64,000 nt of DNA from Candidatus Uhrbacteria bacterium (GTDB lineage Bacteria; Patescibacteriota; Patescibacteriia; JACPHY01), in the NCBI GenBank assembly GCA_016188355.1, contig JACPHY010000011.1, positions 23,219 to 87,218 on the forward strand, in the 5' to 3' direction. This document shows, piece by piece, positions 28,962-37,835 of the stretch (the first letter of the stretch is position 1; each line of letters opens with the position of its first letter). The position numbers and the translations under genes were made by a program. Below the pieces are notes generated by a model. That model made no database searches. It had not been told where the DNA came from and was given only the letters and a program-made list of their open reading frames with translations.

Positions 28962-31466
28962 ATGGCGAAACTCATCAAACGTACTGCCTCCCGTTCCGGA
29001 TCTCGTCAGGATCCGGAGGCTCCGCGCTCGATTGGTACGGTCGAGCCCATGTCTATTACCCGTGAGATGGAGACATCGTATCTCGATTATGCGATGTCGG
29101 TCATCGTGAGTCGCGCGCTGCCCGATGTGCGTGACGGATTGAAGCCGGTGCATCGGCGCATTCTCTACGCGATGTGGCAAATGGGCCTTCGGTCGAATGC
29201 GAAGTTCCGAAAGTCCGCGGCGATCGTCGGTGAGGTGCTCGGCAAATACCATCCCCATGGGGACACCGCGGTGTACGACGCCCTCGTGCGCATGGCACAA
29301 GATTTTGCCATGCGCGATCTCCTCATTTCTGGGCAAGGGAACTTCGGTTCCATGGATGGTGACGCCGCCGCCGCCATGCGGTACACGGAGGCAAAGCTCG
29401 CGTCCCTTGCGGAAGAGCTGCTGCGCGATATTGAGAAGGAGACCGTGCCGTTCATCCCCAACTACGATGCCACGCATGAGGAGCCGACGGTGCTCCCGGC
29501 GCTCGTACCTAATTTGCTCGTGAATGGCACCGTGGGTATCGCGGTGGGTATGGCGACCTCGATCCCGCCGCACAATCTCGGCGAAGTGTGTGATGCGCTC
29601 ATGCATGTGATTGAGCATCCGGACGCATCCGTGGAGGATCTTCTGCAGTTCGTGAAGGGGCCGGACTTTCCGACCGGCGGCACTATTTTCGATCAAACGG
29701 AGATTACCCAAGCATACGCGACGGGACGGGGATCGATTGTTACCCGAGCGAAGGCGGAGATCGTGGAAGAGGGGAAGGGGACGCAGATTGTGGTCACCGA
29801 GATTCCGTACGCGGTGAATAAGGCGACGCTCCTCGAGCATATTGCGCACCTCGTGCAAGAGAAGAAGATTGAGGGTATTCGCGACCTCCGGGACGAGTCA
29901 TCGAAGGGCGAGGTGCGGGTCGTCATCGATCTCAAAAAAGATGCGTATCCCAAGAAAGTGCTCAATCGCCTGTATCACTCGACCGAGCTCCAGACGACAT
30001 TTCACGTGAACATGCTGGCGATCGTCGATGGGATTCAGCCGCGCATTCTCACGCTGAAGGGTGTGCTCGAGGAGTTCTTGAAACACCGACGTGAGGTGAT
30101 TCGTCGTCGCACGCAGTACGATCTGACGCGCGCAAAGGAGCGGGCGCATATTCTTGAGGGATTGCAGATCGCCATTCTCCACATCGACGACATCATTGCG
30201 ACGATTAAGAAGTCGCAGGATCGCGATGAGGCGCGCGTGAACCTCATCCGGAAGTTTCGACTCACGGAGCCGCAGACGAACGCGATTCTCGACATGCGGC
30301 TCTCGCAGCTCGCGAACCTCGAACGCATCAAGGTGGAAATGGAGCTCAAGGACAAGCTCGCACTCATTAAGGAGCTCGAATCTATTTTGAAATCGGAATC
30401 GCGTATTTTGGGTGTTATCAAGGAGGAGACCAGAGAGCTCCGTGCAAAATTCGGATCCCCACGTCGTACGGAAGTGCGCGTGCAGGGGGTGAAGGAGTTC
30501 AAGCAGGAGGACCTCATTCCGAATGTGCCCGCAATCGTCATGGTGACGCGCGACGGGTATCTGAAGCGGGTGCCGCCAGATACGTTCAAAACGCAGGGAC
30601 GAGGTGGGAAGGGCGTCATTGGGCTCACGACGAAGGAGGAGGATGTGGTGGATTACCTCTTTGCGACCATGACGCATGCGGATGTCCTCTTCTTCACGAC
30701 GCGCGGCCGCTGTTTCCAGTTGAAGGCGTACGATATTCCAGAGGCGAGTCGCACCTCGAAGGGTCAGGCGCTCGTGAACTTCCTCAACCTGTCTCCCGCA
30801 GAGAAGATGTCGGCCATTCTCCCGCTGTCTGATCTTGGCAAAGAGGAGAAGTACCTCGTCATGGCGACGCGACAGGGGGTCGTGAAGAAGGTGGACCGGG
30901 CATCGTTCGAAAACGTGCGTCGTTCCGGGCTCATTGCGATCAAGCTGCGCGGCGATGATCTCCTCGAATACGTGAAGCCCTCCACGGGGCATGATGAAGT
31001 GCTCCTCGTGTCGCGTCAGGGACAAGCGATTCTCTTCAAGGAAAAAGATGTGCGCCCCATGGGCCGTGTTTCTGCTGGCGTGCGTGGCATGAAGCTCACC
31101 CGCGCGAACGATGCGGTGGTGGGGATGGATGTGGTAGGGAAGAGTGCTGCAGAAAATTCCGAGGTGCTCGTGATTATGGATCGCGGGTATGGGAAGCGCA
31201 CCTCACTCGGACAGTACCGAACCCAAGGACGCGGCGGATCCGGTATCAAGACGGCGGAGGTGACGGACAAGACGGGATCGGTGACTACCGCATTCGTCAT
31301 GAACCGCAAGGCGCCCCCGGAAGACCTCATCGTGGTCTCCGCGAAGGGTCAGGTTATTCGTCTTCCGTATAAGCAAATTTCCGTCCTCGGCCGCGCGACG
31401 CAGGGCGTCCGCGTGATGCGGTTCAAGGAAGAAGACGACGAAGTGGCGAGCGTAACGTACGTGTGA
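28962..31466 (+). CDS. gyrA: DNA gyrase subunit A
   Basis: The N-terminus ...YLDYAMSVIVSRALPDVRDGLKPVHRRILYAM... contains the active-site Tyr region. The C-terminal beta-pinwheel repeats are present. 834 aa. Confidence 0.95.
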   Translation: MAKLIKRTASRSGSRQDPEAPRSIGTVEPMSITREMETSYLDYAMSVIVSRALPDVRDGLKPVHRRILYAMWQMGLRSNAKFRKSAAIVGEVLGKYHPHGDTAVYDALVRMAQDFAMRDLLISGQGNFGSMDGDAAAAMRYTEAKLASLAEELLRDIEKETVPFIPNYDATHEEPTVLPALVPNLLVNGTVGIAVGMATSIPPHNLGEVCDALMHVIEHPDASVEDLLQFVKGPDFPTGGTIFDQTEITQAYATGRGSIVTRAKAEIVEEGKGTQIVVTEIPYAVNKATLLEHIAHLVQEKKIEGIRDLRDESSKGEVRVVIDLKKDAYPKKVLNRLYHSTELQTTFHVNMLAIVDGIQPRILTLKGVLEEFLKHRREVIRRRTQYDLTRAKERAHILEGLQIAILHIDDIIATIKKSQDRDEARVNLIRKFRLTEPQTNAILDMRLSQLANLERIKVEMELKDKLALIKELESILKSESRILGVIKEETRELRAKFGSPRRTEVRVQGVKEFKQEDLIPNVPAIVMVTRDGYLKRVPPDTFKTQGRGGKGVIGLTTKEEDVVDYLFATMTHADVLFFTTRGRCFQLKAYDIPEASRTSKGQALVNFLNLSPAEKMSAILPLSDLGKEEKYLVMATRQGVVKKVDRASFENVRRSGLIAIKLRGDDLLEYVKPSTGHDEVLLVSRQGQAILFKEKDVRPMGRVSAGVRGMKLTRANDAVVGMDVVGKSAAENSEVLVIMDRGYGKRTSLGQYRTQGRGGSGIKTAEVTDKTGSVTTAFVMNRKAPPEDLIVVSAKGQVIRLPYKQISVLGRATQGVRVMRFKEEDDEVASVTYV

Positions 31467-31472
31467 TCCCCA

Positions 31473-31505
31473 AAGCGGAGCCCCAACCGGGGCTCCGCTT
31501 TGCTG
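31473..31505 (+). terminator. rho-independent terminator after gyrA
   Basis: aagcggagcccc-aacc-ggggctccgctt hairpin followed by TGCTG. Confidence 0.65.
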
Positions 31506-31539
31506 CCCCGCTTGGTGCGCATCTTTCTTCTGCTCGATA

Positions 31540-32720
31540 TCCTGCCTTGCCTCTGCTCGCTGCCCCGTCCTGCCTCTGCTTGCCATTCTTTCTGTCCCGC
31601 GATCGCCACCCCGTCTTTCTCCTGTTCGCCATCCTGCCTTTATTCTGCTCGCCATCCCGTCTTTCTTCTGCTCACCATCCTGTCTTTCCTCTGTTCGCCA
31701 TCCTGAGCGAAGCGAAGGATCTCACCCCACAGCACACGCAAACAAAAGAGCATCACGATATTGGCGGGAGAGATCCTTCGGCTTCGCCTCAGGATGGCGA
31801 GATGATGATGTGCAATGCGATCGAGCTCGGCATCGTTCCCGTTTTTGCTCGCGATCTTGTCCTTCCCCTGCTCGCCATCCCGTCTTTCTTCTGCTCGCCG
31901 TCTTGCCATATCCCCCCTTCACCATCCTGTCTTTCCTCTGCTCACCATCCTGTCTTTCCCCTGCTCACCATCCTGTCTTTCCCCTGTTCGCCATCCTGAG
32001 CGAAGCGAAGGATCTCACATGATGGCCTCGCCATGGCATATGACGGATCGTGCGTACTACGTCTACATGCTCACCAATGCGGCGCGGACGGTGCTCTATA
32101 TTGGTATGACCAATGATCTCGTGCGTCGTATCCACGAACATCGCATGGGAACGGTCGACGGATTCACGAAAAAGTATCGTTGCGATCGTCTTGTGTATTA
32201 CGAGCAGTACACGACCGCATACGAGGCGCTCGCTCGGGAGAAGGCGCTGAAGGGGTGGACGAGAAAACGAAAATTGGACCTGGTACAAGAGACCAATGCG
32301 ACATTACGAGATCTTTGGGAGGAGATTATTCGGTGACCGTGATACTACCCTTCGCCATCCTGAGGCAAGGCCGAAGGATCTCACGGAATGATACGTGCAA
32401 ACGCCGGAACATCGTAGTTCCCATGGGTGAGATCCTTCGCTTCGCTCAGGATGGCGAAGGGGGTGATGTGGCGGGATGGCGGAAGGGAATGGTGTGGCAG
32501 GGTGACGAAGGGGGGTAGTATGGCAGGATGGCGGGGAGGGTGATGTGGCGGCATGGCGAAATGGGATGATGTGACGTGGAGCGGTGATCCCGTACTGCCG
32601 TCGACTCTCTGCATGTCCTCCATACTTTTGTTCGCCATCCTGTCTTTCTTCTGCTCGCCATCCTGAGCGAAGCGAAGGATCTCACATCACAGCCTCACCG
32701 TGACATATGCCGGATCGTGC
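31540..32720. repeat. repeat-dense region: spacer-less 23-nt tandem repeats (TCGCCATCCYGTCTTTCYTCTGY) plus a 30-nt terminal unit CGCCATCCTGAGCGAAGCGAAGGATCTCAC in direct and inverted copies
   Basis: Three tandem arrays at about 31598-31725, 31868-32018 and 32626-32686. Two long inverted-repeat pairs of the 30-nt unit at about 31696/31770 and 32350/32425. The intact GIY-YIG ORF and its truncated duplicate each start immediately after a terminal unit. Confidence 0.8.
32019..32336 (+). CDS. GIY-YIG nuclease family protein (about 105 aa)
   Basis: YYVYMLTN...LYIGMTNDLVRRIHEHRMG matches the GIY...YIG motif of COG2827-type small nucleases. Confidence 0.85.
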   Translation: MMASPWHMTDRAYYVYMLTNAARTVLYIGMTNDLVRRIHEHRMGTVDGFTKKYRCDRLVYYEQYTTAYEALAREKALKGWTRKRKLDLVQETNATLRDLWEEIIR

Positions 32721-32760
32721 GTTGCTCCGTTCTGTTCTGTCGTGGCTTCGCGGACCCGCA
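32690..32760 (+). pseudogene. truncated duplicate of the GIY-YIG gene 5' end
   Basis: catatgccggatcgtgcgt repeats the first about 20 nt of the intact ORF (catatgacggatcgtgcgt) after an identical upstream 30-nt unit, then diverges. Confidence 0.4.
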
Positions 32761-32814
32761 ATGACCAGACGGGAAAAGAAACCGCACCCAGCCGAGTCGG
32801 CGGGGTGCGTGTGG

Positions 32815-33240
32815 TTACACTTCCGGGAACAGCGTTTCGAGGTGGCGCGCTTCCCCATTGAAGTGTCTTGCGTACAGGTTTCGAATCACGGCGCGGACGA
32901 GGCCTTCGTGGCCGCGCATCGTTTCGGTGGTGAAGTCCGACGCCTGCACGAGGAGCGCGAAGTCCGCCTGTATGCTATCACGCACGAAATCAAATGCGGA
33001 TGGACTTCCACGGCCATGCAGTATCGACTCGTTGAGCCAATCTATTCTCTGGTTGATGCGTTCTAGGAGCAGTACGGCCAGCGGTTTCTTCGAGTTTGCT
33101 TCAGCCAAGGCAGACCTCCATTTGGGTTTGTGTTTGAATATCGCATGAAGATTAGCGTGAATAAGGCCAAAAGTCAAGTTTCGGCCCCACTGCGGGCGTG
33201 TGCCGGCCTTTGTAAGAAGTTCGTGTAGTGTGTGACGCAT
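32815..33240 (-). CDS. HEPN-like protein (possible Rx4-6H motif: RNLYARH)
   Basis: 141-aa helical ORF with a C-terminal R-x5-H, last gene of a six-gene minus-strand operon. Family assignment is tentative. Confidence 0.35.
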   Translation of the reverse strand: MRHTLHELLTKAGTRPQWGRNLTFGLIHANLHAIFKHKPKWRSALAEANSKKPLAVLLLERINQRIDWLNESILHGRGSPSAFDFVRDSIQADFALLVQASDFTTETMRGHEGLVRAVIRNLYARHFNGEARHLETLFPEV

Positions 33241-33298
33241 ATACGAATGCTCCCACCCTCAATGGAGGATGGGAGCTGGGGGAAACGAATTCTGAGCA

Positions 33299-33595
33299 TC
33301 ACAGCAGGGGCGGCGTCGGTCCCTCTGCGTCCGGGTCGAGTTCGTATTCGACGCTGACGATGTCGTCGAGTGCGGCGAGCGCCGTGAGTTTTCCGGCAGG
33401 GACGCAGATGATGGCTTGGCGCGCCTCTCGGAGGAAGCGTCGGAGACTGCCGTCGGCGCTGCGGATGGCCTCGGTGAGCAATTGCTCCGTGGCACTCGAT
33501 CGAACGGTGACCAGGACGGAGATCGGCTCATCGGTGCCCTTGTGCGACATCGCACGAGCTGCGTGTGCACTGAGTTTGTTATGGGCGTTGGTCAT
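33299..33595 (-). CDS. hypothetical small protein (98 aa), possibly ACT/P-II-like fold
   Basis: MTNAHNKLSAHAARAMSH...ISVLVTVRSSATEQLLTEAIRSADGS... Its start overlaps the upstream stop as ATGA. Confidence 0.45.
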   Translation of the reverse strand: MTNAHNKLSAHAARAMSHKGTDEPISVLVTVRSSATEQLLTEAIRSADGSLRRFLREARQAIICVPAGKLTALAALDDIVSVEYELDPDAEGPTPPLL

Positions 33596-33954
33596 GCGTT
33601 CTCCTTGGGGCCATCGTCCTCGAAGAGCGGCGCGCCTCCCCAGAGACGTTTCATGAAGAGCATGGTGTGGACGGGATTGATCGTCGGACGTTGGGGGTCT
33701 GCTGCCTCGGTGAGCAGCGCGCGGTCGATTTTTCGGAGGCGATCCACGATTCTGGTGAGGTCCGATTCGGGGAGTCGCCTCGCGTAGCACACGCAGAGAT
33801 CGAAGAGTTGTGCGCAGCACCACTCGATTTTACCGTGATCCGGATGATCCGGCGGAAGTGCGCGGTAGAGCTCCTGGTGTTGCTCGATTTTGGCCAGAAC
33901 GAGATTGACGGTTTCGTGTATCGCGTTTGCTGCATCATTCGTACGATCGTGCAT
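33592..33954 (-). CDS. hypothetical small protein (120 aa)
   Basis: MHDRTNDAANAIHETVNLVLAKIEQHQELYRAL... Translationally coupled to the next gene by a 4-nt overlap. Confidence 0.45.
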   Translation of the reverse strand: MHDRTNDAANAIHETVNLVLAKIEQHQELYRALPPDHPDHGKIEWCCAQLFDLCVCYARRLPESDLTRIVDRLRKIDRALLTEAADPQRPTINPVHTMLFMKRLWGGAPLFEDDGPKENA

Positions 33955-34025
33955 GGCGTTCCTCTTTTTTGGTGCGTTTGTAGATATCGGCTCATGACCC
34001 GCTGAGCGCGTTGCGATGTGCAGCG

Positions 34026-34256
34026 CTAGCACCGGATATCGGTCACCGGCCGCGGGCCGTCTTCGGTGAGGAGTTCGAGTACGGGCGACGCGAGGTGTGG
34101 ATGGCGCTGCGCACGCTTCTGGAGCTCGCGGAATCGCTGGAGCACCGCATCATTCGACGCATGGGTGGGCAGGATGTGACCGAAGACTACGCCGGCTTGC
34201 TTGCGACTCGGCATGACGATGCGATACCGACCGATCTCGAGTTGAGGTGTGTTCAT
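34026..34256 (-). CDS. hypothetical small protein (76 aa)
   Basis: MNTPQLEIGRYRIVMPSRKQAGVVFGHIL... Its start overlaps the upstream stop as ATGA. Confidence 0.4.
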   Translation of the reverse strand: MNTPQLEIGRYRIVMPSRKQAGVVFGHILPTHASNDAVLQRFRELQKRAQRHPHLASPVLELLTEDGPRPVTDIRC

Positions 34257-34549
34257 GGCTGCTCCTTTGAGTGTGGGGATCGGGAAGATGTGCGTGGATG
34301 GATCAGGTACCAGTAGATCAGCGCGCCCGCAATCGCACCGAGCGTGAGTGGGATGAGCTCGATCGGGGGAAGTGTTGCTCCCGTGCAGCGGGTGAATCCG
34401 TACGTCATGAGCATTGCCGCGCTCACGAAAATCACGAGGAGTGCTTCTGGGCGAAAACGGCGTCGCCACTTCCATGCGCACCATCCGGAGATGGTGATCA
34501 GGAGCAATGTGCTGATCCAATAGGAAATGCAGAGGAGCGCGGTACGCAT
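34253..34549 (-). CDS. small membrane protein (3 TM)
   Basis: MRTALLCISYWISTLLLITISGWCAWKW...LIELIPLTLGAIAGALIYWYLI. Confidence 0.45.
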   Translation of the reverse strand: MRTALLCISYWISTLLLITISGWCAWKWRRRFRPEALLVIFVSAAMLMTYGFTRCTGATLPPIELIPLTLGAIAGALIYWYLIHPRTSSRSPHSKEQP

Positions 34550-34561
34550 GTCTTCTCCCGA

Positions 34562-34963
34562 TTATGATGATCCTTGGGTGCCACGTGCGACGAGTCGTCG
34601 TGCGTCTTCGAGGAGATCGTGGACGGTGCGCGGAATGCCGGTGGCACTGGTGCCGGTGATGAGGGATCCATCTTGCGCGGGAAATGCGCCAACGCTGCAT
34701 GCGAAATCCACGGCGAGCCGGAACCATACACTGTCGGCGTCGATGCCTTCTCGTGGTGGGACGACGTCGTGCCACGTTTCCGCACAAATGGTCGCCGCCT
34801 CATCCGGCGTGCAGTGATCGCGAATGAGGGTGGCCCCCTCCTGCTCGCGCCCCGGGGTGCGCACCAGTCGCGCGCCCTCGTCACAGTAATCGATGCCGGT
34901 TACGGTGCAAGCCGATAGTATGCCGCACGCGATGCAGGCGCTTATGATTGTTCCGATCGACAT
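34562..34963 (-). CDS. putative lipoprotein, Cys-rich (134 aa)
   Basis: MSIGTIISACIACGILSAC has a lipobox-like LSAC. Six further Cys. First gene of the operon. Confidence 0.4.
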   Translation of the reverse strand: MSIGTIISACIACGILSACTVTGIDYCDEGARLVRTPGREQEGATLIRDHCTPDEAATICAETWHDVVPPREGIDADSVWFRLAVDFACSVGAFPAQDGSLITGTSATGIPRTVHDLLEDARRLVARGTQGSS

Positions 34964-35149
34964 CGCGTCCTCCTTTTTGGATTGGGAATGTGCGCGGAGA
35001 GCATACCAGGGGCGGTGCTGATGGTCAACAGAGCGTATGCGGAATTGTCGGATATCGCTATTCATGGCACGATAAAAACACCAGCGGTTGACCGTGTGAT
35101 GGGTTTTCTACTACCCTAGACCTGAGTAACCGCAATCGACTTCACTTTT

Positions 35150-35374
35150 TTGGATATGGGACTTCCTGGACATCGACGCACCTCCTCGCATAAGCGCCGC
35201 CGTGCCTCTCATTTTGCCTTAAAGAAGCAAAATCTCGCTGCATGCGCGCACTGCCAGAAGCCGGTATTGCCGCACCACGCCTGCTTGTCCTGTGGGTGGT
35301 ATGCCGGTCGACAGGTGGTTGCGGGCAAGCAGAAGCTTGTGGAAACGAAAGCGGCGAAGCATAAGAAGGCATAG
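35150..35374 (+). CDS. rpmF: 50S ribosomal protein L32
   Basis: GHRRTSSHKRRRASHFAL plus a CxxC...CxxCG zinc ribbon (CAHCQKP...CLSCGWYAGRQVV). Confidence 0.8.
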   Translation: MDMGLPGHRRTSSHKRRRASHFALKKQNLAACAHCQKPVLPHHACLSCGWYAGRQVVAGKQKLVETKAAKHKKA

Positions 35375-35441
35375 CATGCTCCCTGGCCATCGTGTGTTTC
35401 CGTTTTTGAGTTCTTTAGCCCTTTAGTTCGCTCGTCCGCGT

Positions 35442-36011
35442 ATGGCCAACCGCCACCTCCTCCGCACTGTTGCCATGCAGTCCCTGTTTCAGTGGGATTT
35501 CAATGGTCGACCCGAGGGCGCGCTTCCGGCGATGGTGACGGAGAATGTGAAGGAATTTGCACCTGGTATCGATGACGTGGCCTTCGCATTTGAGGTGACG
35601 AAGGGCGTGGCGGAGCACCTGGAACCGATTGATGCGCTGATCCAGCAGTGGGCGCCTCATTGGCCGTTGGAGCAGATCACGAATGTGGACCGGAGCGTCA
35701 TTCGTCTCGGCATTTTCGAGCTCAAGTATGCCGGCGGCGGCGTTCCCCCGAAGGTGGCTATCAATGAGGCGATCGAGCTGGCGAAGACCTTCGGCGGAGA
35801 TGCGTCCGGCCGATTCGTGAATGGCGTACTGGGCGCGATTTATAAGGACATGCTCGATAAGGGCGAGGTGACGGAACCGCCGGCGGAAGAACAGGGGACG
35901 GAAGAGCGCGGGGAGTCTCCGGTGGAGGAGGTGTCGCGAGCAGTGGAGGGGGATAGTGCTGGTGCTGATGTGGTGCCTCCGGAGGAACCCGCGACGGATA
36001 CCACAGCGTAA
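35442..36011 (+). CDS. nusB: transcription antitermination factor NusB (with acidic C-terminal extension)
   Basis: NusB-type N-terminal helices [17 protein letters not shown]...RLGIFELKY...[13 protein letters not shown]. Confidence 0.8.
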   Translation: MANRHLLRTVAMQSLFQWDFNGRPEGALPAMVTENVKEFAPGIDDVAFAFEVTKGVAEHLEPIDALIQQWAPHWPLEQITNVDRSVIRLGIFELKYAGGGVPPKVAINEAIELAKTFGGDASGRFVNGVLGAIYKDMLDKGEVTEPPAEEQGTEERGESPVEEVSRAVEGDSAGADVVPPEEPATDTTA

Positions 36012-36014
36012 TGT

Positions 36015-36181
36015 AAGAGACCTCTGCAAAAATCCAGATTCGCGCCAGGAACGCGCTGTTCGGCTGCGCTGCGTTCCTCGACCGCTCACGAGATCCGCTG
36101 GATATCGCTCGGGTCTGCGTCGCGCAGCTCGCTCGAACATCACGTCCCTGGCGCGAAAGCGATTTTTGCAGAGGTCTCGTA
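36015..36181. mobile_element. MITE-like element with 17-bp perfect terminal inverted repeats (GAGACCTCTGCAAAAAT / ATTTTTGCAGAGGTCTC)
   Basis: The TIRs flank about 130 bp between nusB and rnc. The right arm is duplicated at 27957..28003. Confidence 0.55.
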
Positions 36182-36261
36182 ATTCTCACGTGCATGGCGG
36201 ATAGTGAATGCGGAATTCGTGGTGACGACATTCCGTATTCACTCTTCGTCATCCTTGGTGC

Positions 36262-36951
36262 ATGACCGATCTCAGTGGATTGGAGCAGCAGTTGGGTGCG
36301 ACGTTTGAAAATCGCGACTTACTCCTGCAGGCGCTCACGCATCGCTCATATCTCAATGAGCATCCGAATTTTCCCTTGGGGCACAATGAGCGTCTCGAGT
36401 TTCTCGGCGACGCGGTGATCGAGTTGGTCGTCACGGAATATCTCTACCGCAATTACGACAACCCCGAAGGGGAGCTGACGAATTGGCGCGCGAGTCTCGT
36501 GAATGCGAAGATGCTTTCGGAAGTTGCTCGGGAATTGGGCGTCGAGCCGTATCTCCTCCTCTCCCGAGGCGAGGCAAAGGAAACGGGAAAGGCACGGCAG
36601 TACATTCTTGCGAATGCATGCGAGTCGGTCGTCGGTGCACTCTACCTCGATCAGGGCATGCGCAAGGCGAAAGCTTTCTTGAGCCGCGTGCTCTTGCCGC
36701 GATTGCCGCACATTCTCGCGAATCACCTGTACATCGATGCAAAGTCACGGTTTCAGGAGATTGCGCAGGAACGATTGGGCATCACGCCGAACTACAAGGT
36801 GCTCGAGGAGGTTGGTCCGGATCATGCAAAGCGATTCACGGTCGGCATCTTCCTGGGCCGCGATCTCGTGGCGAGCGGCGGGGGATCATCCAAGCAGGAG
36901 GCGCAGATGGATGCCGCAGAAAATGCACTCAAGGCGAAGGGGTGGGTGTAG
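36262..36951 (+). CDS. rnc: ribonuclease III
   Basis: RNase III signature ERLEFLGDAVIELVVTEYLY, catalytic E/D residues, and a C-terminal dsRBD (KQEAQMDAAENALKA). Confidence 0.95.
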   Translation: MTDLSGLEQQLGATFENRDLLLQALTHRSYLNEHPNFPLGHNERLEFLGDAVIELVVTEYLYRNYDNPEGELTNWRASLVNAKMLSEVARELGVEPYLLLSRGEAKETGKARQYILANACESVVGALYLDQGMRKAKAFLSRVLLPRLPHILANHLYIDAKSRFQEIAQERLGITPNYKVLEEVGPDHAKRFTVGIFLGRDLVASGGGSSKQEAQMDAAENALKAKGWV

Positions 36952-36974
36952 GTTCGCGCGCTCCGGCGCGCCAT

Positions 36975-37046
36975 GCGCCCGTGGTGAAATGGATATCACG
37001 GCAGCCTTCGGAGCTGCTCTTGGGGGTTCGAATCCCTCCGGGCGCA
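36975..37046 (+). tRNA. tRNA-Arg (anticodon TCG), no encoded CCA
   Basis: GCGCCCGTGGTGAAATGGATATCACGGCAGCCTTCGGAGCTGCTCTTGGGGGTTCGAATCCCTCCGGGCGCA folds as a cloverleaf with acceptor GCGCCCG/CGGGCGC, anticodon stem GCAGC/GCTGC, loop CTTCGGA and T-loop TTCGAAT. Confidence 0.8.
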
Positions 37047-37335
37047 AATACAGCATAGGCAAACCTCCCCCACTCCGCTCCTGAGCGGAGCTTCGCGGGG
37101 CAAGCCGGTTTTCCTATGGACCCTTTCCCTTCTGCCGGTCGAAACGACCATGCGGTCGCTTGCCTGCGGGCGCATTCGGGGTCGGCATGAAAGCTGGTGT
37201 CCGGCACCATCCCGAGTCCGCGAGGGACCTCACACCACACATGGGGCATGTGAGATCTCTCGTCGCCCAGCGCTCCTCGAGACGACACAAGGGTCGGCCT
37301 GTCTTCTTTCCCGAACGCGTCCTCGGCGGCACTCG
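37047..37335 (+). ncRNA. conserved tRNA 3'-trailer element (copy 2 of 3), after tRNA-Arg
   Basis: Contains box CCCCCACTCCGCTCCTGAGCGGAGCTTCGCGGGGCAAG (shared with the Glu copy), CGGTCGAAACGACCATGCGGTCGCTTGC (shared with the Lys copy), and GGGGTCGGCATGAAAGC plus CCTCACA...CGTCGCCCAGCGCTCC related to the other copies. Confidence 0.45.
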
Positions 37336-37385
37336 GGTTGGATGGGTACAGTGAGAAGCGCAGAAATTTTCGTACTGAAACGGGC

Positions 37386-37817
37386 ATGAACGTGCCGCTA
37401 CTGATTGGTGGGGCTGTGCTGAGTTTTGGCGTTGCGTTGCTTCATGTCGTGATCATATTTTTTGGAGCACCGGCGTATCGGTATTTTGGAGCCGGGGAGC
37501 AGATGGTTTCCATGGCGGAGCGGGGTTCGGTGATTCCGGCGGTGCTCACGCTTGGTCTCGTCGGAGTGTTTGTGGCGTTTGGCGGTTACGCGCTCGCGGC
37601 GGCAGGGGTGGTGAAGGGACTTCGGCTGCCCTTCGTCCATTGGGTCGTCTTCGCCATTGCGGCAATATACTCGCTGCGCGGCCTCATGAGCGTGAGTGGA
37701 CTGTTTTTGTTGATCAGTGGATTCGATATCGTGTCGTCGTTGATATCCCTCGGAATTGGGGTGGTGCATTTTTTGGGTCTCTATTGGAATCGGGTGCGGA
37801 GGCTACTGATTTCCTGA
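37386..37817 (+). CDS. hypothetical membrane protein (4 TM)
   Basis: MNVPLLIGGAVLSFGVALLHVVIIFFGAP... with hydrophobic helices throughout. Confidence 0.5.
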   Translation: MNVPLLIGGAVLSFGVALLHVVIIFFGAPAYRYFGAGEQMVSMAERGSVIPAVLTLGLVGVFVAFGGYALAAAGVVKGLRLPFVHWVVFAIAAIYSLRGLMSVSGLFLLISGFDIVSSLISLGIGVVHFLGLYWNRVRRLLIS

Positions 37818-37835
37818 AGCAAGGAATTTTGCTCT

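Noticed and set aside
31590-32010. Possible CRISPR array, given regularly repeated 23-nt units.
   Set aside because: The repeats abut directly with no unique spacers. They are degenerate and occur in both orientations around a GIY-YIG gene. No cas genes. They behave as minisatellite or selfish-element repeats.
31815-32336. 173-aa ORF extending the GIY-YIG gene upstream through the tandem repeats (repetitive ILSFPCSPS and HPVFPLL peptides).
   Set aside because: The repetitive N-terminal peptide is a by-product of translating the 23-nt repeats. The conserved GIY-YIG fold begins at the internal Met (32019).
31980-32340. GIY-YIG gene as a homing endonuclease inside a group I intron.
   Set aside because: No group I P/Q/R/S core elements, and no interrupted host gene (tRNA, rRNA or protein) on either side.
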